From NCBI GenBank assembly GCA_963744315.1, contig CAVUTB010000008.1, forward strand, positions 65,349-129,348: DNA of 64,000 bases, written 5' to 3'. This DNA is from an uncultured Acidobacteriota bacterium (lineage in GTDB: Bacteria; Acidobacteriota; Vicinamibacteria; Fen-336). How positions within the stretch are numbered: the stretch's first letter is position 1; each line of letters begins with the position of its first letter. This document shows positions 47,771 through 63,772 of the stretch, piece after piece. The notes under the pieces were generated by a model. The model saw only the letters and a program-made list of their open reading frames with translations, was not told the DNA's origin and ran no database searches. The position numbers and the translations under genes were made by a program.

Positions 47771-49459
47771 ACGGCGCGGATCTCGTCTGCAGCGTGCTGC
47801 GGCGTCTCGACGTGCAGTGCGTCTTCGGGCTGCCGGGCACGCAGAACGTGCGGCTGTACGAGGCGATGCGGCGCCTCCGGCCTGCGGCGCGTCGTCTCGG
47901 CCGACGAGGGCTCGGCCGCGTTCATGGCGGCCGGCTATGCGCGCGCGTCCGGCCGCGTGGGCGTGCTCACCACCATTCCGGGTCCGGGATTCGTCTACGC
48001 GCTGCCGGGCATCGTCGAGGCGCGGCACGACTCGGTGCCGCTCCTGTGGATCACCCTGCGCCAGGCCGACCTCGGCCGCGCGTTCCAGCTGCAGCGCATC
48101 GACCAGGCGGAGATGGCGGCGCCCGCGGTCAAGCAGTGCCTTCACATTGGCCGCGGCGACGCGCTCGTCACGACGCTGGCCGCGGCGCACGAGCTCGCGC
48201 GAGCGGGGGAGCCGGGGCCCGTCCTGGTCGAGATCGACGCGGCGCTCCTGGACACGAACGCCGCGGATTCGACGGTCGCTCGGAGCCGGCCGGCGGCGCC
48301 GAACGTCGAGGCCCTCGCTGCGCGCCTCGCCGAGAGCCGCCATCCCGTGCTCTACGTCGGCCAGGGAGCGCAGGAGCGGAAGCGAAGCGGTCCGCGCCCT
48401 GGCGAGGCGTCTGCGTGCCCCCGTGCTGTGCACGAGCAGCGGCCGGGGAGTGCTGCCGGATACGGACGAGCTCGCATTCACCGAAGGACTTCTCGACAGG
48501 CGTGGGCCTCGTCGTTCCCGACCTGATCGATCGCGCCGATCTCGTCCTGACGCTGGGCTGCAAGTTCACGCACAACGGCAGCGGCGGGGGAGAGCTGTCG
48601 TTGCCCGAGGCGAAGCACGTTCGCGTCGACGCCTCGGCCGAGGTGCTGTCGGCGAACTACCCGGCTTCGCTGGCCGTCGAAGGCCGCGTCGAGGACGTGC
48701 TTTCGGCTCTGGCGAGCGCCTCGCTGCCGGTGTCGCAGTGGCGCGCCGAGGACCTGCGTGCCCTCCGTGCCAAGCTCGCGGCGGAGAGTGCCGTTCCGAT
48801 TCCGCTGGAGCCGACGCTGCCCGACCTGAACGGCGGCTCGGTCCGCACGTTCTTCGAGGCGCTTGCCGAGGCTGCGGGCGAGCGTGGCGTCTACGTTGCC
48901 GACGCGGGACTGCATCAAGCCCTGACGCGGCAGTACGCGCGCGTGCTCCGGCCGCGCGGCCTCTTGTGCCCGAGCGACTTCCAATCGATGGGCTTCGGCC
49001 TGCCGGGGGCGATCGGCGCGGCCATCGCGTCAGCCCCAGGCCCAGGTCGTGGCCTGCATCGGCGACGGCGGTCTCGTGCTGTCGATGGGCGATCTGCTGA
49101 CGGCCGCGCGCGAGGGGTTGAGCCTCGTCGTCGTCGTGTTCAACGACGGGCAGATGAGCCTGATTCGAAGGCAGCAGCTGACCAACTACGGGCACGAGTC
49201 GGGCGTGGCGGTGGCGAACCCGGACTACGCCGCGCTCGCGCAGGCCATAGGCTGCTCGTACTTTCCCGTGGCCGGCGATCCGCTCGAGCTGGCGCGGCAG
49301 GTCTTCGCCGCGGGCGGTCTCCGGCTGGTCGAGCTGCGACTGGCCGATCGACCCTCGCTCGAGTGGCAACGCCTGCGAGCCGTGGTCCGCGAGGGCCTGC
49401 GCGCGCGGCTGCCGGGCGGTGTCGTGCAGAGTCTCAAGCGCCTGCTCGGGCGGCATTGA
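47767..49459 (+). CDS. Thiamine-diphosphate-dependent enzyme (acetolactate synthase-like), frameshifted
   Basis: VFGLPGTQN, E..AAFMAAGYARASG, GPG, DAGLHQ, FQSMGFGLPGAIGA, GDGG-x24-FNDG. Confidence 0.88.
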
Positions 49460-49504
49460 GCTCGGGGGCTCTCGGAGGACGCGGTACCATGGGCGCGAGG
49501 ACGC

Positions 49505-50843
49505 ATGAGAGCCCACCGCGTGGCGGCGATCCGATGGCTGCTCGTCCTGGCGCTCGTCGCGCACGCAGCGGCGGGCGCCGAGGGCGGGGGGACTGGCCCT
49601 GGTGGCGTGGCCCGCTCGGCAACGGGGTCAGCCCCGACGGCGATCCGCCGGTCCGCTGGAGCGAGAAGCAGAACGTCCGCTTCAAGGTGGCGATCGACGG
49701 CGACGGTCTCGCGACACCGGTCGTGTGGGGCGATCGGATCTACGTGCTCTCGGCCCGGTCTCTCGACCCGGAAAAAGTGCCCGGCCCTCCGCCGAAGGGT
49801 CCGTGGTGCCGGTCGGGAAGCAGCGCTACCTGGTGACGGCCTACGACCGCCGCGACGGCTCGGTCGTGTGGCAACGGGTGGCGATCGAGCGCGTCCCCCA
49901 CGAGAGCCGACACCAGGAGTCCGGCTGGGCCACGGCGTCGCCGGTCACGGACGGCGAGCGCCTCTATGCGCACTTCGGCTCCGCCGGCACGTTCGCCTAC
50001 ACGCTCGCGGGTGAGCTGGTCTGGAAGCTCGACCTCGGCGACATGACGACGCGCCTCGGCTACGGCGAGGGAAGCTCTCCCGCGCTCTGGGACGACACGC
50101 TGGTCGTCAACTGGGACCACGAGGGAGACTCCTTCGTCGTCGCCCTCGACAAGCGCAGCGGCGCCGAGCGTTGGCGGAAGCAGCGGCCCGGAGAGCTGAC
50201 GTCCTGGTCGACGCCCCTCATCCGTGAGCACGAGGGTCGGGTGCAGGTGATCGTCGCCGCCGGCGGGCGCACGCGCGCTTACGACCTCCGGAACGGCGAG
50301 ATGCTGTGGAGCCTGTCCGGCCTGGGCATGAACGCGATCCCCACGCCGACCTACGACGCGGGGATCCTCTACCTGGCCAGCGGCAAGCGCGACAGCCCGC
50401 GGATGCTGGCAGTGGACCTGCGTGGCGCCAAGGGCGACCTCGACGGAAGCTCCGCCGTGCTGTGGACCCGGGACCGGGACACGCCCTACGTGTCGACCCC
50501 GCTGCTCTACCGAGGCCAGCTCTACTTCTTCAAGCACGTCCTCAGCCTGCTGACCTCGGTGGACGCCGCGACGGGTGCTCTGCGCTTCAGCGAAAGAGTC
50601 GGCCTCGGCAACGTCTTCGCGTCACCGGTGGCGGCCGCCGGCCGCATCTACCTGCTCGACCGTGACGGGAAGGCGCTGGTGCTCGCGTCGGGGCCGAAGC
50701 TCGAGATCCTCGCGGAGAACCAGCTGGACGACGGCTTCGACGCCAGCCCGGTGGTCGTGGGGCGCGACCTCTACCTCCGAGGCAGGCGCTTCCTCTACGC
50801 TTTGGGCCGCACAGACGACGGTTCGAAGGGAGCACCTCGGTGA
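49505..50843 (+). CDS. PQQ-like beta-propeller protein (BamB-like), frameshifted
   Basis: Signal peptide, WRGPLGNG, PVVWGDRIY, ASPVTDG, GSSPALWD, STPL, ASPVAA, DASPVV. Confidence 0.85.
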
Positions 50844-52151
50844 GCATCCGCGACTCGTCGGCGCTGGTCGTGGCTCTCGTGCTGTCCGGTCTCTCGGCTG
50901 CCGCGCAGCCGCAAGAGCCGGCCAGCTCTCACGGCGGCCGCTATACCCTGGTCGTCGAGGGGTACGACTGGGGAGCCGGCGTGAGCAAGGTCGTCCTCGC
51001 GACGGACGCGCCCGTCTCGTCGGCCGAGCGCCGGCGACTACACGGTGGCCGTGAAGCGACGCACCGACTGCGGCGAGCTGCCGCCGGGGCAGGCCGCAGG
51101 CGAGCGGGTCGTCGCTCGACGCCTACGCGTCGGACTCGAAGGGCGCGCGCGCGTGACGGGGGAGACCACGTCACGCTCGTGCTGGCGGTGGCGCCCGGAT
51201 GGCCTCTGGGCTCACCGCTCGCGTACATGCGCAACGACAAGTGCCGCGGCACCGTCTGGGTGGACTACGCGCTTACGGTCATGGACAAGGCCGGCCACGT
51301 GTGGGACACGCCGGCCGGCCGCGTCAGCCCGATCGTCGATCGCTTCGACCTGTCGGGCAGGTTCACGTACGCGTCCGGCAAGACGCTGACCTACGCCTCG
51401 TTCACGCCGAAGACGAGCCGTCCGAAGTCGCCGCTCCTGATCTGGCTCCATGGCGGAGGCGAGGGCGGGAGCGATCCGACGATCCCGCTCTTGGGCAACC
51501 GCGCCACGAGCTACGCCTCCGACGCGATCCAGGCGATCTTCGAGGGCGCTTACGTGCTCGTGCCCCAGACCCCCGGCGCCTGGATGCACAACGCTGCCGG
51601 CGTCATGACCTCCGGCAAGGAGGACGACGTGTACAACGTCCCGCTGCTGGCCTTGATCCGCGACTACGTCTCGGCGCATCCCGGCATCGACACGAACCGG
51701 ATCTACGTGGGCGGCTGCTCGAACGGCGGCTACATGGCCCTGAAGCTGATGCTGCAGCAGCCGGACTACTTCGCCGCCGGGTTCATCAGCTCACTGGCCT
51801 ATCAGTCCCAGTACCTGAGCGACGCGCAGATCAAGAGCATCGCGCAGCTCCCGATCTGGTTCGTGCACTCCGCGGACGACCAGACGACGCGGCCCGAGCT
51901 GACCGTGCTGCCCGTCTACGAGCGGCTGAAGGCCGCGGGCGCCGGCAACGTCCACCTCTCCTACTACGACCACGTCGTCGACATCAGCGGCTTCTTCGGA
52001 GGAGACGGCTACCGCTACAACGGGCACTGGTCCTGGATCTACCTTCACGCGAACCAGAGCCGGCTGGACCGCGACGGAAGCCCGGTGACGGTCGCCGGCC
52101 GGCCGGTCAGCCGTGATGGAGTGGCTCTCGGCGCAGGTGCGTGGACGCTAG
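50840..52151 (+). CDS. Secreted esterase/predicted peptidase (alpha/beta hydrolase with N-terminal Ig-like domain), frameshifted
   Basis: IWLHGGGEGG, VLVPQ, IDTNRIYVGGCSNGG, WFVHSADD, GHWSW. Confidence 0.82.
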
Positions 52152-52163
52152 ACGCTCCGAGCT

Positions 52164-53470
<1,307 letters not shown>

Positions 53471-53589
53471 TCGAATCAGGCCTCCTCGGCGACCGCCCAT
53501 TCTAGCAGCGCGTGGCGGATGGGATGCTGGATGAGGACGCGCGTCTCCGTTAGAATCCGTCTTCTTCGTCGTCCCTGCGGGAGAGCTTC

Positions 53590-55655
<2,066 letters not shown>

Positions 55656-55778
55656 AGTCGCTCGCTCCGCGGATCGGAGCGTATCTTCGCCTTACACGAA
55701 GCGTCAACAGGGAAGTGTCGATGGCTCTGTCGTTTGACACTTCTCGCGCGCGCGTGGAAGGAGAAGGATCGATCCCGC

Positions 55779-58069
55779 ATGACCGCCCACGATCTCCCCA
55801 AGGTCGCTGAAGTGGTCTCGCACTACCGCGTGCTTGGGACGGCTCGGCGCGGGCGGCATGGGTGAGGTCTATCTCGCCGAAGACCTCACGCTCGGGCGCA
55901 AGGTCGCCTTGAAGTTCCTTCCGCCCAAGACCAAGGCCGACGAGCTGGCGCAGCAGCGGCTCATTGCGGAAGCCCAGGCGTCCGCCGCCCTGGACCACCC
56001 CAACATCTGTGCCATCTACGAGGTGGGGCGTCACGCGGAGCGCAGCTTCATCGTGATGCAGTACGTCGAGGGCGAGCCGCTCTCGCTGCGGATCGCGCGC
56101 GGGCTGGAGCTTATCGAGCGCTCTCTCGATCGCGGTGCAGATGGCGGACGCGCTGGCGGAGGCTCACAGCCGCGGGATCATCCACCGCGACCTCAAGCCC
56201 CAGAACATCATGGTCAACACCCGCGGCCAGGCCAAGCTGCTCGACTTCGGTCTCGCCACGCCGCCGCTGCGCGGCGCTGCCGCCGGCGCTGAGCGAAGCC
56301 GAGACCCAGGAGGTGCCGACGCGGCACGGGGCCGTGCTGGGGACGCCGGCCTACATGTCGCCCGAGCAGGCGCAGGGCCGCGCACAGGACGCCCGGAGCG
56401 ACCTGTTCAGCCTGGGTGTCGTGCTGTACGAGATGGTCACCGGCGCGCGGCCTTTTTCCGGCTCGACGTCGACCGAGACGATGGCGGCCATCATCACCCA
56501 CTTCCCGCCGCCCTTGAGCCGCCCCGGCTTGACGGTCCCTTACGAGCTGCAGCGGATCGTCAGCAAGTCGCTCGCCAAGGATCCGGACGACCGTTACCAG
56601 ACGGCCAGGGACTTGCTGATCGACCTGCGCGCGCTGCGGCAGGACCTGGCGACGGGTACGGGCGACAGCCTGTCGCCGTTGGTGCCGCAGGGGCCGGCGG
56701 TGGCGGTGCTGCCGTTCGCGGACATGAGCCCCGAGAAGGACCAGGAATACCTGTGCGAGGGGATGGCCGACGAGGTCATCACCGCGCTCGCCCAGGTCAA
56801 GGGGCTGCGCGTGGCCTGTCGCCGCTCGGCCTTTCGGTTCAAGGGTGGCGGCCACGATCTGCGCGAGATGGGCGCCAAGCTGAAGGTCACCAGCGTCGTG
56901 GAGGGCAGCGTGCGGCGGTCGGGGAGCCGGCTGCGCATCAGCGCGCAGCTCATCAACGTGGCGGACGGCTTCCACGTCTGGTCGGAGCGCTACGACCGGG
57001 AGATGCAGGACGTCTTCCTGATCCAGGACGAGATCTCGCGGGCGATCGCCCAATCGCTCAAGGTCAAGCTCGCCGACGAGCAGCCGCTCGTCAGGCGCGC
57101 CGCACTCACGACCTCGAGGCCTACCATCTCTATCTGAAGGGGCGCCACCACTGGAACAAGCGGGTTCCGTCGGCGATCCGCACCGCGCTCGAGTACTTTC
57201 AGCAGGCGCTGCGGCGGGACGACAAGTACGCCCTCGCCCACTCCGGCATCGCGGACTGCTACATCGTGCCCGGCTACTACGGCAGCGCGCCCCCGAGCCA
57301 GGTGATGCCGCTCGGCAAACAGGCCGCGCGGAGGGCCCTCGAGCTCGACGAGAACCTGGCGGCGGCCTACGCGCCGCTGGCGATGGTCACGGCGCTCTAC
57401 GAGTTCGACTGGCTCGGCGCGGAGCGCCACTTCCAGCGCGCGCTCGAGCTCGACCCGGCGTTCGCGATCGCCTACACCTGGTATGCGCTCTTCGACCTGG
57501 TTCCCCAGGGCCGGCTGCCCGAGGCGCACGCAGCCGCCCGCAAGGCGCTGCAGATCGACCCGCTCAACTCGACAGTCAACACGGTGCTGGGTGCGACGCT
57601 GTACTATGAGCGCCGCTACGAGGACGCGGTGGACGAGCTGCAGAGGTCGATCGATCTGGACCCCAGCTTTCCCGTGGCGTACTACTACCGCGGGCGCGCC
57701 TTGATGGCGCTCGGCCGGCACGCCGAGGCCGAGGCCGCTCTCGAGAGCGCGGGGCAGATCATGGGCCAGAGCCCCACGGTCCTGGGGGCGCTGGCCCACT
57801 GCCTGGCGGCCAGCGGGCGTCGCGCCGAGGCCCTGGCGATACGCGAGAAGCTCGAGACGCTCGCTGCGAGCGCCTACGCGCCCCCCTACACCATCGCCCA
57901 GGCTCACCTGGGCCTGGGCGATCTGGATCGCGCCTGGGACTGTCTGGAGCAGGCCTATCAGGAGCGATCGGCGCTGCTGGCCTTCGTCAAGATGGACCCG
58001 CTCCTCGACGAGCTCCGCCCTCGGCCCGAGTTCGACGAGCTGCTGCGGAAGATGAATCTCCTCGACTGA
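55779..58069 (+). CDS. Ser/Thr protein kinase with TolB-N-like and TPR domains, frameshifted
   Basis: [35 protein letters not shown]; [25 protein letters not shown]; TPRs. Confidence 0.92.
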
Positions 58070-58095
58070 AATCCGGCCGGCACGTCCGTCGAGAG

Positions 58096-58954
58096 GTGAG
58101 CCGCATGAGCCTTCACGAACCCAGCCGGACCGTTGGCCCGAAGGCGCTGCCGGCCGCTGCGATCCTGCTCGGCGCACCTGCTGCCCCTCACCCTGCCGCT
58201 CACGAGTGTGAGCGGCAGGGACTGGCTGGCGTGCGGCGTCACCTGCGTCGTGATCATCTTCGCAGTCGGAGGCGGACTGCACCGCTACTTCGCGCATCGC
58301 GCCTTCAAGACCAGCCGCGCCTTCCAGCTGTTCCTGGGCGTGCTGGCGGCCTGCTTCTTCGGCGATCCAGTGGGCTTCGCGGGCAAGCACCGGCTGCACC
58401 ACCGGCACGCCGACACCGAGCGGGACGTGCACAGTCCGCGCCAGGGCCTCTGGTACTGCTGGATCGGGCACCTGCTCGAAGAGCGCTCCACGGAGCAGGA
58501 GGTGCTGGCCGCCGCCGCCGACCTGGCGCGCTATCCGGAGCTGATGTGGCTGCACCGCTACTACTTCGTGCCGGGGACACTCGCGGCCGGGTGCATGTTC
58601 CTCGCCGGCGGCTATTCGCTGCTCGTGGCGGGCTACGTGCTCAGCTGGTGCCTGATGGCGATCCATGCCCCGGCGCTCGTGAACTACGTGTGCCATCGCG
58701 CCGGAAGCCGCCGTTTCGAGACGGCGGACGGCTCCACGAACAACGCGCTCGTGGGTCTCCTGCTCTTCGGCGAAGGCTGGCACAACAACCACCATCGCTA
58801 TCCGGGCTCGGCGCGCTCGGGTATCGAATGGTACGAGGTGGATCTCCTGTTCGGCATGCTGAAGGCGCTCGCCTGGCTGGGTCTCGTCTGGGATCTGCGC
58901 GAAGCGCCGCGGACCGGGACGCTGCGGTTCGTCAAGGAGACGCCATGCGCGTAG
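58096..58954 (+). CDS. Membrane fatty acid (acyl-CoA/acyl-lipid delta-9-like) desaturase, frameshift near N-terminus
   Basis: Three His boxes HRYFAH, HRLHH, HNNHH; GEGW; TM segments. Confidence 0.9.
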
Positions 58955-60369
58955 CCGTGATCGTGGTCTGGCGGCCCAAGAACTTTCCCGAGTGGAACGG
59001 ACGCCGGTCGGAGGGCGCGCGCAAGGTGCCGCCGGCGCTCGCGCGCGATGCGGGGGCGGCCCCCTACACGGGCATCCACCTGGCCTCGCTGCTGCCGCGC
59101 GACTGGGAGGTCACGCTGGTCCACGAGATGGTGAGGGACGTGGACCTCGAGATGGACGTCGAGGCGGTGTTCCTCTCCACGATGGACTTCTGCGCGCCCC
59201 ACGCCCGCGAGCTGGCGGCAGGCTTCTCGGCCCGCGGCGTCCGCGTGATCGTGGGCGGCCTGTTCCCGACTCTCAACCCAGGCTACTTCGCGGGCGTGGC
59301 GGACGCGGTGGTGGTGGGGGAGGCGGAGCCGGTGATGCCGCGGCTGCTGGCCGACCTCCAGCGAGGCCGTCTGTCTCCGGTCTACAGCGCCGAAGCGCCG
59401 GCGGATCTGGCGCAGCTGCCCGTTCCGCGCTACGACCTGGTGGAGACGGACTTCAAGATGACGATGCCCTACGAGGCCACGCGCGGGTGTCCCTTCACCT
59501 GCTCCTTCTGCGTGCTCTCGGCGATCCGCCTGCCCTATCGGCGCCGGCCCATCCCCAACGTGCTGCGCGACCTGCGCGCCATTCCTCCGGGCTGGAACTG
59601 GCGACAGCGGAAGTACGTCGTGTTCTGGGACAACAACCTCGGGGCGGATCGCGCCTACTTCCGCGAGCTGTGCGAAGCCATCGCCCCGCTGAAGCGCGTG
59701 TGGGGGACGGAGACCTCGATCGACACGATCACGCGGGACTCGGCGCGCCAGATGGGGCGCGCGGGGTGCCGCTTCCTCTACATCGGCCTCGAGAGCCTGG
59801 CCCAGGAGAGCCTGCGCCGCTCCAACAAGCGCCACAACCAGGTTCGCGAGTACCGACAACGGCTGCGCTACCTCCACGACAACGGCGTGCAGGTGATGAG
59901 CCTGTTCCTGCTCGGCCTTCCGGGAGACGACCGCGAGTATCTGCGCAACCTTCCGGACCTGATCCAGGACATCGGCGTGGACGTGCCCGTGTTCTCGTTC
60001 GCGGCGCCCATCGAGGGGACGCCGTTCCACCAGAGCCTGCGCGACGCGGGAGAGCTGCTGCCCGGCGACATCCTCGGGGGCATGGACGGGATGCACCTCG
60101 TCTACAAGCCGCAGAACGTCGCCCCGGAGGAGCTGGAGCTCGCGCTCTTCGAGTGCATGCGGCGCAGCTACAGCTTCACGAGCGTGACGCGGCGGATCCT
60201 GCGTGGCATGCGCTCGGGGTTCTGGGGCGGCCTGGCCAACGGCAGCGCCAACCTCGCGTACGCGCCCTACCAGCGGGCGCTCGCCCGCTCGGGGCTGGAG
60301 CGGGTCAAGGAGCGCGGCGCGTGGCCCGGCCGCGAGCTGCCTCGGCCGCTTGCGTCCTGTTCCCAATGA
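58945..60369 (+). CDS. Cobalamin-binding radical SAM protein
   Basis: B12-like domain (VTLVHE, VFLSTM, VIVGG), [35 protein letters not shown]. Confidence 0.9.
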   Translation: MRVAVIVVWRPKNFPEWNGRRSEGARKVPPALARDAGAAPYTGIHLASLLPRDWEVTLVHEMVRDVDLEMDVEAVFLSTMDFCAPHARELAAGFSARGVRVIVGGLFPTLNPGYFAGVADAVVVGEAEPVMPRLLADLQRGRLSPVYSAEAPADLAQLPVPRYDLVETDFKMTMPYEATRGCPFTCSFCVLSAIRLPYRRRPIPNVLRDLRAIPPGWNWRQRKYVVFWDNNLGADRAYFRELCEAIAPLKRVWGTETSIDTITRDSARQMGRAGCRFLYIGLESLAQESLRRSNKRHNQVREYRQRLRYLHDNGVQVMSLFLLGLPGDDREYLRNLPDLIQDIGVDVPVFSFAAPIEGTPFHQSLRDAGELLPGDILGGMDGMHLVYKPQNVAPEELELALFECMRRSYSFTSVTRRILRGMRSGFWGGLANGSANLAYAPYQRALARSGLERVKERGAWPGRELPRPLASCSQ

Positions 60370-61080
60370 GGGATGCGGCGTCCGGCCTGCCGGTCCGGCG
60401 CCTGCTGGGCGTCGTGTTCGGGGCGTCGCTCGCCTCCGCCACGGTCGCTGCGGCCGCCACCGTGGCCTCGTCGCTCGCGCTGCCGGGGACGTGGGCGGCC
60501 GCGGCCGCCGTGCTCGGCGCCGTGATCGCCGCCGCGCTCTCGGCCCTGATCGGCAGCTATGCCCTGTCGTGGCGCGCCGCGGCGTTGGGCGTGGCGTGCG
60601 GCTCGTCGCTCGGCGTTCTGCCGCAGCCGGCCTGGACGGCATGGGGCCTGGTGGCGGCATGCTGGGCCTCGGCGGCCGTCGCGTCCGCTGACGATCGCTC
60701 GCGAGCGCCTCCCTGCCGTCCAGCGCGCCACCTCGCCCGCGCTCGTGGCGGCCGTCCACACGCTCCAGCTCCCGCTGATGCTCTTCTCGCTCGGCGTATC
60801 GTTCGTCTCCGTGCGGCCGAGGCCGTTCGTCGTTCTCTTCTCCTGCAGCGCCTTCGCGCTCTGGCGCCTGCTGGGCGGCGAATGCCCGCTGTCGCGCGCG
60901 GAGCTGCAGCTGCGGTCGCTGCGCGGCGAGCACGCGCCGGCGCTCGGTGAGATCGGCTTCATCGGGGACCAGATCCGGCGGACCACCGGCATCGTGGTTC
61001 CCAAGGGAGCCGTGGCCGGACTCGCCTATGCCACGGCGGCGCTGGCCTTCGCCTGGTACGCGGTCCAGGCGCTGCTGTGA
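60366..61080 (+). CDS. Multi-TM membrane protein with DUF2784-like C-terminal region, frameshifted
   Basis: Several hydrophobic helices; [18 protein letters not shown]; ATGA overlap with radical SAM gene. Confidence 0.6.
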
Positions 61081-61101
61081 GGGCTCGCGGCGCGAGCGGG
61101 C

Positions 61102-63756
61102 TCACTCCGGGCTCATCAGCCAGATGTCGGCCTGGGCCTCGTTGCGCAGGAAGACGATGTGCCGGTTGTCGCGCGTGATCCGGAACTGCCGCTGGTTGAC
61201 CGTCATGCTGGGCGGGCCGACCGACAGCACTTCGACCGAGCGCCCGCTCGCGGTGTCCAGGAAACGGAGCGTGCCGTCGTCGTCGTAGACGAGGTGGCGG
61301 CCGTCCGCGAGCATGTTCGGCGTTCGCCCGCCGGTCGCGACCCGCTGGTAGGCGCTGGACGCGATGTCGTACAGGAAGATTCCCGCCGAGGTTCCGTCGG
61401 GTCGCATGCCCATCCCGGCGAGCCGCGCGCTGTCCGCCGACCAGCTCACGGCCTGGAAGGTCGATCCGTCGGGCAGCGCCGGCAGCGCGAGCACCTCCTG
61501 CTCGCCCACCGGCTTCGCGGGGTCGATGCAGGCGCGACGTCGGGATTCCGGCGATCGAGATGCGGCTGCCGTCGGGAGCCCATTCGGGAAACCAGCGGCT
61601 GCCGGCGTTGGTGTTCGTGATCTGAACGAGGTTGCTGCCGTCGGCGTGGACGCTCCAGATCTCGTAGCGGCCCGAGCGATTCGAGTAGAAGCTGATCTGG
61701 CTTCCGTCGCTCGACCAGCTGGGACCGCGGTTTCTGAAATTGTCGTCGGTGAGCTGGCGGTAGCCCGTTCCGTCCATCCGGACCACGAACAGGTTCTCGC
61801 GCAGGCCCGCGCTGGCCCAGGCGATCCACTGTCCGTCCGGCGAGAGCCCGAGGCTGAAGATCGCGCGCGAGCCCCCGAGGACGAGCGTCGGCGTTCCCGC
61901 GCGCCCGCTCGCGGGATCGAAGTCGGCGCGGTAGAGCGCGGAGCGCTCCTCGCGGGCCTCGAACGCGAGCCGGCTGCCGTCGCCCGACAAGGCTGAACGA
62001 GCCGCTCGAGCGGGCCGGAGTGGTGACGGGCTCGGGCGCGCCGGTCGGGCGTCCAGTCGTCGTGTCGATTCGCAGGCGCCAGAGGTTGAGCGTGCCGCCC
62101 CGGCCGCTCGAGAAGTAGAGGTAGCGGCTGTCGGGGGACCAGACGGGGCTCCAGTCGACGTCCTCGTCGTTCGTCACCTCGACGGCCGGACCGCCCGACG
62201 GCGGCGACGGTCCAGATGTCCCGACGACCGGTCCCGCCCGGGCCGCCGCGCAGGTTCCAGAACGCGATGCGACGGCCGTCGGGCGACCACGCGGGCTGCA
62301 TTGCGTCCTGATCGAGCAGGAGCCGCTTGCCCCCGCTCGCGACGTCGATGATCGAGAGCGCGCTCTCCGCGTTCCGCGACAGGGGATTGAGCGTCGGCTC
62401 GCTGGCCACCGCGATGCTGCGTCCGTCGGGCGACCAGGTCGGGTCGTAGCCGAAGTCCGCGACGCGGCGGCGTGACTCGCCCGTGGCGCCCATCACGAAG
62501 AGGCCGCCGCCTTCGCAATCCGAGTGGAAGGCGATCCTTTCGCCGTCGGGCGAGAAGGCCGGCCCGGTGTCGTCCTTGGGGCAGTCTGCCGTGAGGTTGA
62601 TCGGGTTGTGGCCGCCCACGCGCTGCACGTAGACGTCGGCGTGTCCCGTGACGCGGCCCACGAACGCGAGCGTCTTGCCGTCCCTGGAAAGGCTCGGCGA
62701 GGACTCGGCGCCCGGCAGGTCGGTGATCTGGGTGAAGCGGACGGCGTCAGCGGGAGGAGTGCTCGCGAGCCGCCGAGCGCCCGGCCGGCGCGGTAGCCGA
62801 GGCCCAGCAGGAGCAGCCGCGCCAGCGCCGCGCGCGAGCCAGCGTCCAGCGGCCCACTGCGGCTCGGAGGCGCGGTCGGGGTCGCGGCGGCCGACGATCC
62901 CGACAGGCTCGCGAGGTCGAAAGCCAGGTCGCGCGCCGACTGGAAGCGCTGCTCCTTCTTCTTCTCGAGGCAATGCGACACGATCCGCTCGAGCGCCGGC
63001 GGTATCGCGCGGCCCGTCTCGGCGAGCGACGCCGGGTCCTCGCGCAGGATCGCGGTCATCGTCTCGGCGGCGGTGTCGCGCGCGAAGGCCCGGCGGCCGG
63101 TCAGCATCTCGTGCAGCACGCAGCCCAGGCTGAAGATGTCCGAGCGGTGGTCGACGCCGTCGCCGCGCACCTGCTCGGGGGACATGTAGCCGACCGTGCC
63201 GACCACCGACCCGGGGTCGGTCTCCCGCACGAGCGTGGGCGACTCGGTCTCGCTGCCGCGCGGCCCTGCGGCGGCCGCTCTTCGCGCGCGAGCCCGAAGT
63301 CGAGGATCTTCAGCCGGCCGTCGCGGGTCACGAACAGGTTCTCGGGCTTGAGGTCGCGGTGCACGACGCCCTTGTCGTGCGCCGCCGCGAGGCCCTCGGC
63401 GGCCTGCGCCGCGTACTCGGCGGCCCTGTCGCGGCGGCAGTCGGGCCCTCCCGCAGCTCGTCGCGCAGCGTCGCTCCCTCGAGCAGCTCCATCACGGCGT
63501 ACGCGGTGGCACCTTCCCGGCCGACGTCGTGGATCGCGAGGATGTTGGGGTGGCTGAGCGCGGCGACGACACGCGCCTCGCGCTCGAAGCGCGCGAGCGC
63601 CTGCTCGTTCTCGGCGAGCCGCTCCGGCAGCACCTTGATCGCCACGTCGCGCTGCAGCCGGGTGTCGCGCGCGCGATACACCTCGCCCATCCCGCCGGCG
63701 CCGATCGGCGACAGGATCTCGTAGGGTCCGAGGCGCGTGCCGGCGGAGAGGGGCAT
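61102..63756 (-). CDS. Ser/Thr protein kinase with TM helix and TolB-like beta-propellers, frameshifted
   Basis: [33 protein letters not shown]; repeated FSPDG/WSPDG/WSSDG motifs. Confidence 0.92.
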
Positions 63757-63766
63757 GGGCGTCGCG

Positions 63767-63772
63767 ATTATA
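63767..63772 (-). promoter_or_regulatory. -10 element immediately upstream of the kinase start (near-leaderless)
   Basis: TATAAT on the minus strand 10 nt before the ATG at 63756; no SD visible. Confidence 0.5.
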
